A stretch of DNA of 64,000 bases, from positions 49,253 through 113,252 of the forward strand of contig BPJZ01000008.1 of the NCBI GenBank assembly GCA_026004875.1. Direction: 5' to 3'. The notes under the pieces were generated by a model. That model saw only the letters and a program-made list of their open reading frames with translations, had not been told where the DNA came from and ran no database searches. A program made the position numbers and the translations under genes. Source of the stretch: Candidatus Poribacteria bacterium (GTDB lineage Bacteria; Poribacteria; WGA-4E; GCA-2687025). Of the stretch, positions 18,661 to 28,827 are shown piece after piece; positions within the stretch are counted from its first letter, which is position 1, and each line of letters opens with the position of its first letter.

Positions 18661-20361
18661 TTACAGTCGCGCTCGGACTCCGATCCCTCCGGCGTTTTGG
18701 TTCATCTGGTACACTCGATCGTCCGACGATCGATACTCCCGATACTTGCCCAGGCTGAACTGGCCAAACCCGTAAAGGCTGAGCTGGGGGACCAGGAGCC
18801 ATTCCAGTTCCAGACTAATCCGCGCGTACGGGTCGAGAGAGCTCATGTCCTTCATAGCAGTATAACGCCGACCTCGAACGGCGAGCTCACCGGACATGCG
18901 CCATTTTGGATCCGGCTTCCAGGAGAGCCACAGGTCTCCACGCCAATCGGGTCGGTACGGGAGCCGGTCTCCGTTCTCCCCCCTGAGGAAGTCGCCGACT
19001 ACCTGAGCGTAGAGGAACACGGATGCCCCCCGCGCCTGAAGCCGCAGCGACGACTGGAACCCTTTGGCGTCCTCCGCTGTCGGGGCCCAGAAGACGCCCT
19101 TTTCTTTCAGATCGTCCTCAACCTCGAGCCATTGCCATTCGTTTTGGTGGGCCACGTAGCCAAAGGAGACCTCCAGAAGCGCCCGCGGCAGGAGCCACAT
19201 CCCTGCCTCTCCCTGTGCCTTCCAGGTTCGCCGCGCTGGAAGCCGGGTTTGGGCCATCGAGAAAAACTCAGAGTCCAGCCGCTCCACCGGGAACAGCTCG
19301 ACGGCCCGGAGCCCCTCGATCCGGATTCGAAAGCGTTCGTTTGGGGCGCCGGTCCATCCCAGTCGAAACGGAACGTCCCCATCCCAGGGAGGGTCTGTCG
19401 CCGATCTTCTTTGGCGTCCGGAGCAACGCCGCGCCGATCTCCCAGTCCAGCCAGCCGGCCGGAAGAGCGACCCCCTGATCCTTCCACCCCAGGAGCACCA
19501 GGCCGGAGACCGCCGGCGACTCTTCCTGGAGCCCCTGGGCCCTCTGCGCGAATAGTTGGAGCTCCGGCCCACTCGGAGAGACGCCCCATTGCCCTTCTCG
19601 ACGCACGCGAAGGGAGAGCTCGGTGATCCGCTCTCCAAGCCGTTCGGCGCCGCTGCCCTCCGGTCCTCCACGCAGGTCGGCAGCGGCCAGGGAGACACGC
19701 CAGCGACCTCCAACAAGGCTTGGCGGTCGCTCCGTCCAGCTTCCCCAGGCCGTCCATCGTCTCCGCGTCCACGGGACAGGACTCCGGGACCGACTCCCCA
19801 TCCCGTCGCCGGAAGACGAAGGCGGTGGAACTGCTCCCATCGGTACGCAGCCTCGCTCAAGAAACGACCTTTCGGCGTTTCCTGTCTCAAAAAACCGCCC
19901 AACGAGAGCCGCGCTGTGGAGTCGCGTTCTTGAGTGTAGGCGTCGGTTTGGAACTCCCCGCCTGCGCGAAGCCCTCCACGGCGTTCTTCGGCTCCGAACG
20001 CGGAGCCAAACCGCATCCTCAGGCGTCCCGGCGCGGTGGCCTCCATTTCACCCTGGGCCAGCAAGGGAGCGGCCTCCTCGGGGCGATCCAATAGGCGGCG
20101 GTGGCCGGGGCGGGTTGCCGGAAACCGCCAAGGGCGCTCCTTGGGGTGAACCGCGAGGTAGGAGGTTCGCTCCGGCAGGTCGGTCGGGACCGAAAAGCTC
20201 CGCTCGGCGTAGACTGCCGTTACATCCACGATACGCCCCTCTACCCGTTCGGGGACCCCTTCCAGGCGAGGGACCTGGGTCTGGGCGCCGCTTCTCAGGA
20301 GCGGGCCGATCAGGAATGTCCCCAGCCCCACGGTGAGCAGGAGCGTTCGCGCCGTTCTCAT
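18661..20361 (-). CDS. Putative outer-membrane beta-barrel protein, at least two frameshifts
   Basis: ATG at 20361 overlaps the upstream stop (ATGA). Signal peptide MRTARTLLLTVGLGTFLIGPLL. Alternating beta-strand-like sequence. The central part (about 19.3-19.8 kb) reads sensibly only in the frame of ORF 19268..19840. Confidence 0.45.
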   Translation of the reverse strand: MRTARTLLLTVGLGTFLIGPLLRSGAQTQVPRLEGVPERVEGRIVDVTAVYAERSFSVPTDLPERTSYLAVHPKERPWRFPATRPGHRRLLDRPEEAAPLLAQGEMEATAPGRLRMRFGSAFGAEERRGGLRAGGEFQTDAYTQERDSTARLSLGGFLRQETPKGRFLSEAAYRWEQFHRLRLPATGWGVGPGVLSRGRGDDGRPGEAGRSDRQALLEVAGVSPWPLPTCVEDRRAAAPNGLESGSPSSPFACVEKGNGASLRVGRSSNYSRRGPRGSRKSRRRSPAWCSWGGRIRGSLFRPAGWTGRSARRCSGRQRRSATDPPWDGDVPFRLGWTGAPNERFRIRIEGLRAVELFPVERLDSEFFSMAQTRLPARRTWKAQGEAGMWLLPRALLEVSFGYVAHQNEWQWLEVEDDLKEKGVFWAPTAEDAKGFQSSLRLQARGASVFLYAQVVGDFLRGENGDRLPYRPDWRGDLWLSWKPDPKWRMSGELAVRGRRYTAMKDMSSLDPYARISLELEWLLVPQLSLYGFGQFSLGKYREYRSSDDRVYQMNQNAGGIGVRARL

Positions 20362-23300
20362 TGCCCTGCCGCCTGTCCCTGACGGAGAACCTCCAGCCGG
20401 TTCCGGGCGAAGTTCAGGTACTGGTCCCACGCTTGAGTTCGGTTGGGGTGGTTCTCATATTCACTGATGGCCTTGTCGTACCATCGGATCGCCTGGTCGG
20501 GGCGGCCCGCCTTCTCGTAGGCGTCCCCGGCCTTACAGAGCGCCTGGAGCGCGCCAAACGGGGCGTGCGACCCGTACACCAGCGCTACGACTAGATAGGC
20601 GCGAGCCGCCTGTTCGAACTGCCGCAGGCCGATATAGGCATCCCCGGCGGCCAGTTGGGCGGAGACCACTAAATCCGGCGAGAAGGCGTCGGGGCTCTCG
20701 ACGATCGGACGAACGGCCTCCAGCGCCTGGTCGTACCGGTTCAGCCGAAGCAGTACCTGGGCCAGATCGATCCGGGCCGCTCGCGCCTCTTCGGAGTTGG
20801 GATAATCGTTCAATAGGCGACGATAGGCGGCGATCTGCTCGTCTGGGCGGGTGCGCTCCCGCGCAATCTCGGCGAGCAGGAGGAGGGCGCGCGGCGCCTC
20901 CGAAACCTGGGGATAATCGGCCAGAAGAGTCTCCAAGAGCCGGCTCGCCTCCTGGAGATCCCGGCCCGGATGGTTCGGGTCCCGAAGCGTCCACGCCTGA
21001 AAGTACAACGAGCGGCCAATCAACTCCGGCGAGGCGTTCGGGAACGCCCGCACCTTCGCAAAGGCCTCCACCGCCTGAGCATAAGAGCGTAAGTTGTAAT
21101 AACACCGACCGATCTCATACTGAGCCCGGGCCGCCTCCTCCGTGTCTCGATATCGGACGATCACCTCTTGGAATTCGACGATCGCCTGCTGGAACTCCTT
21201 CCGATCGAAATAGTAGACCCCGACAGAAAACTGAGCGTTGGGCGCTAGATCGCTTTCAGGGTACTGGGCCACCAGCTCCCTGAAGGCGGCGACCGCCTCC
21301 TCTCGGCGGTCCATCAGTTGATAGGTCAGCGCCACGGCAAACTGAGCGTCGTCGGCCAATCCACTCTTGGGGTAGAGCTTTTGGAGGTTCCGGTACGCTT
21401 CGATTGCCCGTTCGTACTCCTGAAGGTTGTAGTAAGCCTCACCCAGTTGGTAGTAGGCGTATTCCCGAATCGGCACCCGTCCCCGAACCCCAGTCGGGGA
21501 GGGCATCGTTGCCGAGGGGAACTTTTCGATGAGACGAAGGTATTCGGCTACCGCTTCGCGGTACTTCCGTTGCTTGAATCGCGCGTTGCCGAGGTAAAAG
21601 ATGGCTTCAGGGACCAGATCGCTGTTGGGAAACCGGCTCAGGAACTCCTCAAAGCTCCGTTCCGCTTGGACGTAGTCCTCAACAACGTAGTGGGCCCAAC
21701 CGATCCGATAGTAGGCGTCGTCCACCCATTCGCTGGTGGGATACCGCCGAATGAGCCGTTGGAACGTCTCGATCGCCTGTTGGTGCTGCCGAAGGTTCAG
21801 GTAGGCGATCCCCAGATCGAAGGTGGCTTTAGCGGCGAGAGCCTCAGGGAGCTCCTCTTGGCTCAACAACTCGCTCCATCGAGCGGCCGCCTCGCGGTAT
21901 TGGCGGTTCCGGACCTCCGGATCGTTGGCGCTCTGAGCGACGGCAAAGAAGGTCCAGCCGATGTTGTAGGCGGCTTCTAGGCTCCGGGGAGACTGCGGAT
22001 AGCGCTGGATCAGCTCCTCATACTGGGCGCGGGCCTCGGCATACTTCCCCTGTCGGTAGAGACTCTCCCCCAAAAAGAAGAGCGCGTCGGGAGCGTATCG
22101 GCTGTCAGGATAACGATTGAGCAGGGCGCGGGCCGAAGCGATCGCGCCGTCAAAGTTCTCCATCCGATACCGGGCCTGCATCTGCCAATAAAGCGCAGCG
22201 TCGGGCTGAGAGATCGGCGAGGCGGTCCCCCGATCGGCCAAAAAACGGTCGAAGGCCGAAGACGAATCGGCGTACCTTCCAGCGTGAAAGTATGCCACCC
22301 CCAGTTGAAACAGTGCGTCCCTTCGAAGCGGCGTCTCCAGCTCCAAGAGCCGGTTCAGCGCTTCAATCGCCGAGTCGTAGTCCTCTAAGGCCAGGTAGGC
22401 CGTCGCCTGTCCAAAAAGCGCGTCGTCGTAGTAGTCGGACCCCTCCGAGACGCGCCGATACCAGACAACCGCAGTGTTGTACTCCTCCAAGAGCCGGCGG
22501 GACTCTGCTAGGTACCATCGGGCCGCGTCTTGAAGCGGGCTCTCCAGCATCTCGGCGACGACCTCAAAGGCGAGAATCGCCTGACGGTAGTCGCCCAGCT
22601 GGAAGTACGCCCGACCGATGCTGTACTGGGCATCGTCGGCCAGCTCGCTCAGCGGAAAGGCGTCCAGAAACCGATTGAACTCGTAAATCGCCTCTTGGTA
22701 CTGCCCTTGCTCGTAGAGCACCTCGCCGATCCAGTACTGGGCGTCTTCAGCGGCTGGAGAGTCGGCGTACCGCTGGGTCAACCGCTGAAACTGTTGACGG
22801 GCCTCGTCCGGTCGTTCCATCCGAAAGAGACATTGACCGATCCGCAGCTCTGCATCGGCGGCCAGATCTCGGTGTTGGGGCTCGGACCCGTACCGTTCGG
22901 CAAACTGACGGTACAGCTCCAGCGCCTCTTGCCAACGCTCCGCGAGAAAAAGCGATTCCGCTGCACGGTAGAGCGCGTCGGGGGCCTCCGGCGTGTTCGG
23001 GTACCGCTGGACGAACGCGCGGAACGCCTGGTAGGCCTCCTCAAAGCGTCCCAACCGGTAGAGCGCCCAACCCTTGCCGTACAGGGCCAACGGCGCCTCA
23101 GGAGACTCCCCGTAACGCTCCAGGACTCGCTGATAGGCCTCCAGCGCCCGAAGGTCGTTCCCGATCCGATAGTAGGCCTCTCCGATCAGATACAGCGAAA
23201 GGGAGGCCACTTCGGCCTCCTCTGTCCTTTGAGCCACCTCCTCTAGGGCTAGGATCGCCTCTTCGTACTTCCCCTCGTCGAACCAGGCCCGTCCCAGACC

Positions 23301-23648
23301 GTACAGGGCGTTCAGTTGAAGCGGGCTCTGGGGATAGTCGCCTTCTAGCTGTCGGTACAGGTCCGCCGCCACGGCGTACCGGCCCAACCGACGGGCCGAT
23401 TCGGCCGCGTAGTAGAGCGCGTCGTCGGCCAGATCGCTGTTGGGGTACTGCTCCACAAAACGGATAAATTCCTGATAGGCGGTCTCGTAGTCTTCCGACT
23501 CGTAGAGCCGATGGGCAAAGAGGTAGTCGGTCCGCTCGTCCGCTAGCAGCGGCCGACCTCCCCAAAGGCCCAAAAGGACTCCCACCCCAATCCAAAGCGC
23601 AAGCCGTCGTCTTGCTGGAACGGTCCGCCGCTCTCGATCTGTTCTCAT
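20358..23648 (-). CDS. Very large TPR-repeat protein (1096 aa, YbgF/BamD-like repeats)
   Basis: N-terminal anchor or signal LALWIGVGVLLGLWGG, then more than 20 repeats of the type A..F..F...YP.S..A..A.Y. Uninterrupted. Confidence 0.85.
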   Translation of the reverse strand: MRTDRERRTVPARRRLALWIGVGVLLGLWGGRPLLADERTDYLFAHRLYESEDYETAYQEFIRFVEQYPNSDLADDALYYAAESARRLGRYAVAADLYRQLEGDYPQSPLQLNALYGLGRAWFDEGKYEEAILALEEVAQRTEEAEVASLSLYLIGEAYYRIGNDLRALEAYQRVLERYGESPEAPLALYGKGWALYRLGRFEEAYQAFRAFVQRYPNTPEAPDALYRAAESLFLAERWQEALELYRQFAERYGSEPQHRDLAADAELRIGQCLFRMERPDEARQQFQRLTQRYADSPAAEDAQYWIGEVLYEQGQYQEAIYEFNRFLDAFPLSELADDAQYSIGRAYFQLGDYRQAILAFEVVAEMLESPLQDAARWYLAESRRLLEEYNTAVVWYRRVSEGSDYYDDALFGQATAYLALEDYDSAIEALNRLLELETPLRRDALFQLGVAYFHAGRYADSSSAFDRFLADRGTASPISQPDAALYWQMQARYRMENFDGAIASARALLNRYPDSRYAPDALFFLGESLYRQGKYAEARAQYEELIQRYPQSPRSLEAAYNIGWTFFAVAQSANDPEVRNRQYREAAARWSELLSQEELPEALAAKATFDLGIAYLNLRQHQQAIETFQRLIRRYPTSEWVDDAYYRIGWAHYVVEDYVQAERSFEEFLSRFPNSDLVPEAIFYLGNARFKQRKYREAVAEYLRLIEKFPSATMPSPTGVRGRVPIREYAYYQLGEAYYNLQEYERAIEAYRNLQKLYPKSGLADDAQFAVALTYQLMDRREEAVAAFRELVAQYPESDLAPNAQFSVGVYYFDRKEFQQAIVEFQEVIVRYRDTEEAARAQYEIGRCYYNLRSYAQAVEAFAKVRAFPNASPELIGRSLYFQAWTLRDPNHPGRDLQEASRLLETLLADYPQVSEAPRALLLLAEIARERTRPDEQIAAYRRLLNDYPNSEEARAARIDLAQVLLRLNRYDQALEAVRPIVESPDAFSPDLVVSAQLAAGDAYIGLRQFEQAARAYLVVALVYGSHAPFGALQALCKAGDAYEKAGRPDQAIRWYDKAISEYENHPNRTQAWDQYLNFARNRLEVLRQGQAAGQ

Positions 23649-24727
23649 CTCTCCACCCGTACCGCGCGGAGTGCCTCCTCGTCGAGCTCCAACCCCAACC
23701 CTGGCCGGTCTGGAACGAACAGGTATCCGTCCTCAAAACGGAGCGGTTCCCGGAAGAGCGCGTTCAGTTCGGGCCGCTCGCCGGTGAACTCCTGAGGGCG
23801 ACTGGCGTGCTGAAGCGCCGCCACCACGTGCAAGTTGGCCGCCGTACCGATCGTCGGTTGGGTCTGATGGGGAACAAAGTGCTTGTGGAACGTCTCGGCC
23901 AAAACACCGATCCGCCACATCTCCGAGATGCCGGCACACTTGACCACGTCCGGCTGAACGATATCCACCTTTGCCTGGAGAATCAGATCGCGGAACTGCC
24001 AGCGGGTGTATTCGTGCTCCCCGGCGGCAATCGGCACATCCAGGGCCTCGGCCACCTGGGCCAACCCCCCATAATCGTACTGCGGAACCGGCTCTTCAAA
24101 GTGGTAGATGCCGTAATCCTCAAAGCGCCGTCCCTGAGAGATGGCCGTCGAGACGGAGTAGCCGTTATTAGCGTCAAAGCTCAACGGCACCGCGTCGCCT
24201 AGAAACTTCCGGACCGCAACGAACATCCGAAAGTCCTTCTCCGGATCGACGTCCTGGCGATCCGCTCGCCAGTCCATTCGAATCTTAAAGGCTCGAAAGC
24301 CCTTCTCCTGATACTGGGCCACCTTCTGGACCATCTCCTCCACACTCATCCGAGCGCCGCCCCCAATGCTGGCGTACATCAACACCTTCTCCCGATAGCG
24401 GCCCCCTAGAAGCTTCCAGATCGGCAGGCCGGTGACCTTCCCCCGAATGTCCCAGAGGGCGATATCGATCCCGCTGATCGCCTCCGGCTGCACCCCCATC
24501 ACCCCGAGCTTATAGGTGCGGAAGAACATCTTCCGCCAGAGCCGGTCCACGTCCAGCGGGTCCTCCCCCAGGACCAGCGGCTTGAGGGCCGTCTCGACAA
24601 AGTGGGCCAACACCGGGCCGTTCATCGGGCTGCACTCTCCGATTCCCTGGACCCCTTCGTCGGTGTGCACCTGGACGAAGACCGATCCCCAGGGGAGCAG
24701 GGAGACGGTCACGTCGGTGATCTTCAT
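23645..24727 (-). CDS. Enolase-superfamily enzyme (mandelate racemase / muconate lactonizing enzyme family)
   Basis: MKITDV...VQVHTDEGVQGIGE N-terminal capping domain, then a barrel with the FKIRMDW region. 360 aa. Its stop overlaps the TPR gene start. Confidence 0.8.
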   Translation of the reverse strand: MKITDVTVSLLPWGSVFVQVHTDEGVQGIGECSPMNGPVLAHFVETALKPLVLGEDPLDVDRLWRKMFFRTYKLGVMGVQPEAISGIDIALWDIRGKVTGLPIWKLLGGRYREKVLMYASIGGGARMSVEEMVQKVAQYQEKGFRAFKIRMDWRADRQDVDPEKDFRMFVAVRKFLGDAVPLSFDANNGYSVSTAISQGRRFEDYGIYHFEEPVPQYDYGGLAQVAEALDVPIAAGEHEYTRWQFRDLILQAKVDIVQPDVVKCAGISEMWRIGVLAETFHKHFVPHQTQPTIGTAANLHVVAALQHASRPQEFTGERPELNALFREPLRFEDGYLFVPDRPGLGLELDEEALRAVRVER

Positions 24728-24862
24728 CGTGGCCCCCTTTCTAGCCGTGCCCGTTGGTCAAGTCACAAAAAGCAGCTGGCGCTCCCGCCGCGAGCTTTGG
24801 GCACACAAACCCGCCCTTGCGTTTAAGGATAGGCGATTCTCCGGGCCGACGCACCGGCGGCC

Positions 24863-26701
24863 TTACCAGTAGACCAGGTCCTTGAGGGTGACCAGCGCAA
24901 ACAGGCCGATCAGCACTAAGACGCTGATCTGCTGGATCACCACCTGCCAGCGAGCGTCCAGCGGCTGACCCCGCACCGCCTCAAAGGCGAAGAAGAGCAA
25001 CTGTCCGCCGTCCGCAATCGGAATCGGAAGCAGGTTGACGACGGCAAGGTTGATGCTAATAAACGCCGTCAGCGAGAGCACCGCTAACAGCGATGCCCAG
25101 GACCATCCCCCTCGGTTGAGCGTCTTCTGAGTGATGTTGACGATGCCCACCGGTCCGCTGATGTACTTGAACGAGACTTCGCCGACGACCAGCCGCTTTA
25201 AAAGCGAGAGCATCTGCTCCACTGTGTCGGTCGTCATCTGAGCGCCCGCACCGATGGCTGAAATCGGTCCGTGCCGGCGGACCGGAGGCGGTTGATACTC
25301 CACCGCGAGGCTTCGGCCGCTGGTCGGGTCCACCAGCTGCATCCGCTCCAGAAGCCGTAGCTCGCCTAGGCTCAACTCTCCTCGCCCTGCGGCGAAATTG
25401 GTCCGAAGTCGAAGCCCCGGAATTCGGAAATTCCCCTCCTCTGTGGCCGTCACCGGCGCCTCTAGGCGAGCCGTCTCCTTCCAGCGATAAAAGAGGAAGC
25501 GGCGCTCCCGCTCAAAGGTGAGCACGACTCGTCGCCCCTCAGCGGCGGCCTCTTGAAGCTCCTGGTGCACCCGTTGGTAATCCGCAACCGGAATCTCGTT
25601 GACGGTCACCAACCGGTCGTTCAGGTGAAGCGTCGCCGGATAGGGCGGATCGGGGTCCACGCCGCCGACGCGCACCTCCAGCTCCACCCGAACGGAGCGC
25701 TCCTCCAAGGTACCGTCGGGAAGCTCCACCTGAACCCGAACAAGGGACGGCACCCCGCGGTCTAGGAGCGCCTTCCGAACGGCCACCAGATCGGAGACGG
25801 GAACCCCCTCCACCGCGCGGACACGGGCCCCGTCCTCCGTCTCAACCCAGCGCTCTATCTGAACGGGGTGAAGACGTCCGTCCTCCGTTTCGACCTGAAC
25901 CTGATTCCGCCCGGCCTCAAGCAAGTCGGCGAAGATCGAAGGCCCGTACACTGGCCGGCCTTCAACGGAGCGGATCGGGCTCCGAGAGAGCGTCCCGCCC
26001 TCCTCCTCTCGAACCAGAACCAGTTCTTGGCGAGGAGCGACGCCGATCTGACCGATCACCATCTTTCCGCGCAGAACGGCGCGAGGGGTGACCGTGACAG
26101 TCAACTGCTCCCCGTTTCGCTCGACGAGTAGCTCCACCGGCTGCTCTGGCCGAAGCATCACCTCCTGAGTTAGCTCCTCCCAGGACTCCAGACGTCGCCC
26201 GTCGACCGCTAGGATGCGGTCGCCCGGTCGAAGCCCGGCGGCCTCGGCCGGGAAGACCGCTTCCGGGTCGTCCCAATAGGTAATCCCTTGAGTGCTGGGC
26301 CGAAGCACCTCGCCGATCGGGGGCATCTGCTTTTCGGGAACCCCGACCATCGCCAGCCCCCAGAAGATCAAAAAGCCCAACACCAGGTTGCTCGCCGGCC
26401 CCGCCGCCACGACGAAGGCGCGCTTCCAAACGGGCGCCTGGTGGAACTCGCCCTCAAGGCGCTCCGCCTCGCTCGAGTACTCCCCGGGAAACTTCACGTA
26501 GCCTCCTGCGGGGATCATTGAAATCCGGTACTCCGTTCGCCCCCGCCGAAACCGAACAATCGGCGTTCCAAAGCCAATGGAGAACACTTCAGCGTGGATC
26601 CCCACCGCCTTGCCGGCCAAGAAGTGAGCCAGTTCGTGGACGAAGATCAGAAAGCTCAGGAACAACAGGGCGACCAGAATGCTCAGGAGGCTCATGGCCA
26701 T
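24863..26701 (-). CDS. rseP: RseP-type site-2 (M50) intramembrane metalloprotease, enlarged PDZ region
   Basis: HELAHFLAGK (HExxH) in TM1. PDZ-like GDRILAVDG. The C-terminal NLLPIPIADGG motif. 612 aa. Confidence 0.9.
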   Translation of the reverse strand: MAMSLLSILVALLFLSFLIFVHELAHFLAGKAVGIHAEVFSIGFGTPIVRFRRGRTEYRISMIPAGGYVKFPGEYSSEAERLEGEFHQAPVWKRAFVVAAGPASNLVLGFLIFWGLAMVGVPEKQMPPIGEVLRPSTQGITYWDDPEAVFPAEAAGLRPGDRILAVDGRRLESWEELTQEVMLRPEQPVELLVERNGEQLTVTVTPRAVLRGKMVIGQIGVAPRQELVLVREEEGGTLSRSPIRSVEGRPVYGPSIFADLLEAGRNQVQVETEDGRLHPVQIERWVETEDGARVRAVEGVPVSDLVAVRKALLDRGVPSLVRVQVELPDGTLEERSVRVELEVRVGGVDPDPPYPATLHLNDRLVTVNEIPVADYQRVHQELQEAAAEGRRVVLTFERERRFLFYRWKETARLEAPVTATEEGNFRIPGLRLRTNFAAGRGELSLGELRLLERMQLVDPTSGRSLAVEYQPPPVRRHGPISAIGAGAQMTTDTVEQMLSLLKRLVVGEVSFKYISGPVGIVNITQKTLNRGGWSWASLLAVLSLTAFISINLAVVNLLPIPIADGGQLLFFAFEAVRGQPLDARWQVVIQQISVLVLIGLFALVTLKDLVYW

Positions 26702-27906
26702 TTTGCCTTCCGAAGGTAAGGGGGGATCGTCCGGGGGATGGCGCCCTCTTCGACGAGCCGTTGGGCCGTCTCCCGGGCCCAGCGATCGGCGGCCAGGACG
26801 GTCTCCAGGTTCTGCACAGGGATCGGCTCATGGCGTTCCATCGTCGCGGCGATCAACCGGGGAATCTCATCGAAGCGGATGCGGTGCTCTAAAAAAGCCG
26901 CAACCGCCACCTCATCAGCCGCGCTGAGCACCGCTGGGAGCGTCCCGCCCACCTCTGCGGCATAAGCGCACAGGTCCAGCGCCGGAAACCGCTCCCGGTC
27001 CGGCGGCTCAAAGCTGAGCGTGCCCACCTCAAGGAGCGAAAGTGAAGCCGCCGGTGTGGGAAGCCGGTACGGGTAACTCAGCGCATACTGAATGGGAATC
27101 CGCATGTCTGGCACCCCCAGTTGGGCCAGTACCGACCCATCAATGAATTCTACATAGGAGTGAACGATGCTCTGCGGATGCACGACGACAGCGATTTGAT
27201 CCAGCTCCAGCCCAAACAGCCAACGGGCTTCGATCACCTCCAGGCCCTTGTTCATGAGCGTTGCCGAGTCTACGGTCACCTTCGGGCCCATCTCCCAGTT
27301 GGGGTGCTTCAAGGCCTGCTCTGGAGTGATGGAAGGAAACTTCTCGGCAGGGGTGTTTCGGAACGGTCCGCCGGAGGCGGTCAGGTAGACGCGCTTCAGC
27401 TCCTCCTTGCGGCGCATCCCCTCCAGGCACTGGAAGATCGCGCTGATCTCACTGTCCACGGGAAGAATACGGGCGCCGGACTCCTGCGCCGCCCGAACGA
27501 CCAGCTCCCCGGCCAGGACCAGGGTCTCTTTGTTAACAAAGGCGATGTCAATTCCTTGTCGGAGCGCCTCCAGGGTTGGGAGCAACCCGGCGGCGCCCAC
27601 GACCGCGGCGAGCATCAGGTCGGTTCCGGGGTAGGTGGCCGCTGCCAGCAGTCCTTCTAAGCCGGCGTGGACCTCGATCGTCTCCCCGCTCAGGCGGCGG
27701 CGCACCTCCTCGGCGGCTTCTAGGTCGGCCATTGCGACCATCCGAGGACGAAAGCGGTGCGCCTGCTCAACGATCGCTTCAACGCTCCGGTGTGCGGCCA
27801 GCGTCCAGACGGTAAAATGCTCCGGATGCGCGGCACAGACGTCTAAGGCGCTCCGTCCGATCGAGCCGGTAGAGCCGAGGATTGCGATTCGCTTCGGTTC
27901 GCTCAT
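26692..27906 (-). CDS. dxr: 1-deoxy-D-xylulose 5-phosphate reductoisomerase
   Basis: KRIAILGSTGSIGRSALDV, and strong overall Dxr-like sequence (LTASGGPF, NKGLEVIEA). Confidence 0.95.
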   Translation of the reverse strand: MSEPKRIAILGSTGSIGRSALDVCAAHPEHFTVWTLAAHRSVEAIVEQAHRFRPRMVAMADLEAAEEVRRRLSGETIEVHAGLEGLLAAATYPGTDLMLAAVVGAAGLLPTLEALRQGIDIAFVNKETLVLAGELVVRAAQESGARILPVDSEISAIFQCLEGMRRKEELKRVYLTASGGPFRNTPAEKFPSITPEQALKHPNWEMGPKVTVDSATLMNKGLEVIEARWLFGLELDQIAVVVHPQSIVHSYVEFIDGSVLAQLGVPDMRIPIQYALSYPYRLPTPAASLSLLEVGTLSFEPPDRERFPALDLCAYAAEVGGTLPAVLSAADEVAVAAFLEHRIRFDEIPRLIAATMERHEPIPVQNLETVLAADRWARETAQRLVEEGAIPRTIPPYLRKAKWP

Positions 27907-28730
27907 CCCGCGCGCCCCTCAAGCCAGAAGAGCCCGACGGCAAAGGGAAGGCTCAGCAGCAGGCTGTCCAGCCGATCCAGCAGGCCCCCGTGCCCGGGAA
28001 GCCAGGTGCCGGAATCCTTCACGCCGGCGTCGCGCTTCCAGGAGGACTCCAGTAGATCGCCCGCCGGTGCGAGGACGCCGATTCCCACGCTCCCGGCTAG
28101 GGCCCAGCCCAACCCCATCCCTAAGCCGTACCGAGCCCCGAGGAATCCGACCAGAAGGGCAGCAAGGAGCCCTCCCACGCTCCCTTCCCAGGTTTTCTTT
28201 GGGCTCAGCCGGGGAGCGAACGGCCTTCGGCCTGTCGCACGCCCAACGAAATAAGCTGCCGAGTCGGAAGCCCAGATCGTTCCCAGGAGCCAGAGGACTC
28301 CTCCTGCTCCGCCCAGAGCGTACAGCCTCAGGAGCGAACGGGCAAAGCACCAACCCACTACAAAGGCGGCCAAGAGGACCCCACCCAGATAGGCGGTTGC
28401 GCCTTCAGTTTGGCCCAGGAGGATCACTCGTACCCCGGAGGCCAGCAGCACTGCCAGAAGGATCGCTCCGCTCCATGGGTCCCCCACCCGCTCCGGCGAC
28501 GGGAGAAACGCCGCCCGAACGGCCCACGCCAAGGACGCTCCAGCGACGACGCCCCACTCCCAGGCCCCGGCAGGGAGCCCTTTTGCTCGAAAGAGCCGAC
28601 AGAACTCCCACGCCATCCCGAGGCTCAACAGGCCGACCACCCCAAAGACCCCTACGCCGCCCGGATTCCACCAGAGAACCGCGAGGACAAGGGGAATAAG
28701 AACACCGGCCGTGAGGATGCGGGTGCGCAT
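27903..28730 (-). CDS. cdsA: Phosphatidate cytidylyltransferase
   Basis: Polytopic. C-terminal signature SxxKRDxGxKDSGxxxPGHGGxLDRxDS (SSWKRDAGVKDSGTWLPGHGGLLDRLDS). Confidence 0.9.
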   Translation of the reverse strand: MRTRILTAGVLIPLVLAVLWWNPGGVGVFGVVGLLSLGMAWEFCRLFRAKGLPAGAWEWGVVAGASLAWAVRAAFLPSPERVGDPWSGAILLAVLLASGVRVILLGQTEGATAYLGGVLLAAFVVGWCFARSLLRLYALGGAGGVLWLLGTIWASDSAAYFVGRATGRRPFAPRLSPKKTWEGSVGGLLAALLVGFLGARYGLGMGLGWALAGSVGIGVLAPAGDLLESSWKRDAGVKDSGTWLPGHGGLLDRLDSLLLSLPFAVGLFWLEGRAG

Positions 28731-28827
28731 GCAGCCTCGTCAAGGTATCTTCTTGATCTCCGAAGGCGCCGCTGCAAGGAGTCACAAGGGAGCAGGCGAA
28801 GGCTCGCCCTTGTTCCTTAACGGCTCG

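Noticed and set aside
16826-19626. Long plus-strand ORFs (16826..18010 and 18649..19626) opposite the TonB/ExbB/beta-barrel genes
   Set aside because: Low-complexity R/P/G/S-rich translations opposite genes with clear family signatures. A GC-driven artefact.
27635-28699. 354-aa plus-strand ORF over cdsA and dxr
   Set aside because: Arg/Pro-rich nonsense translation. The minus-strand genes carry canonical CdsA and Dxr motifs.
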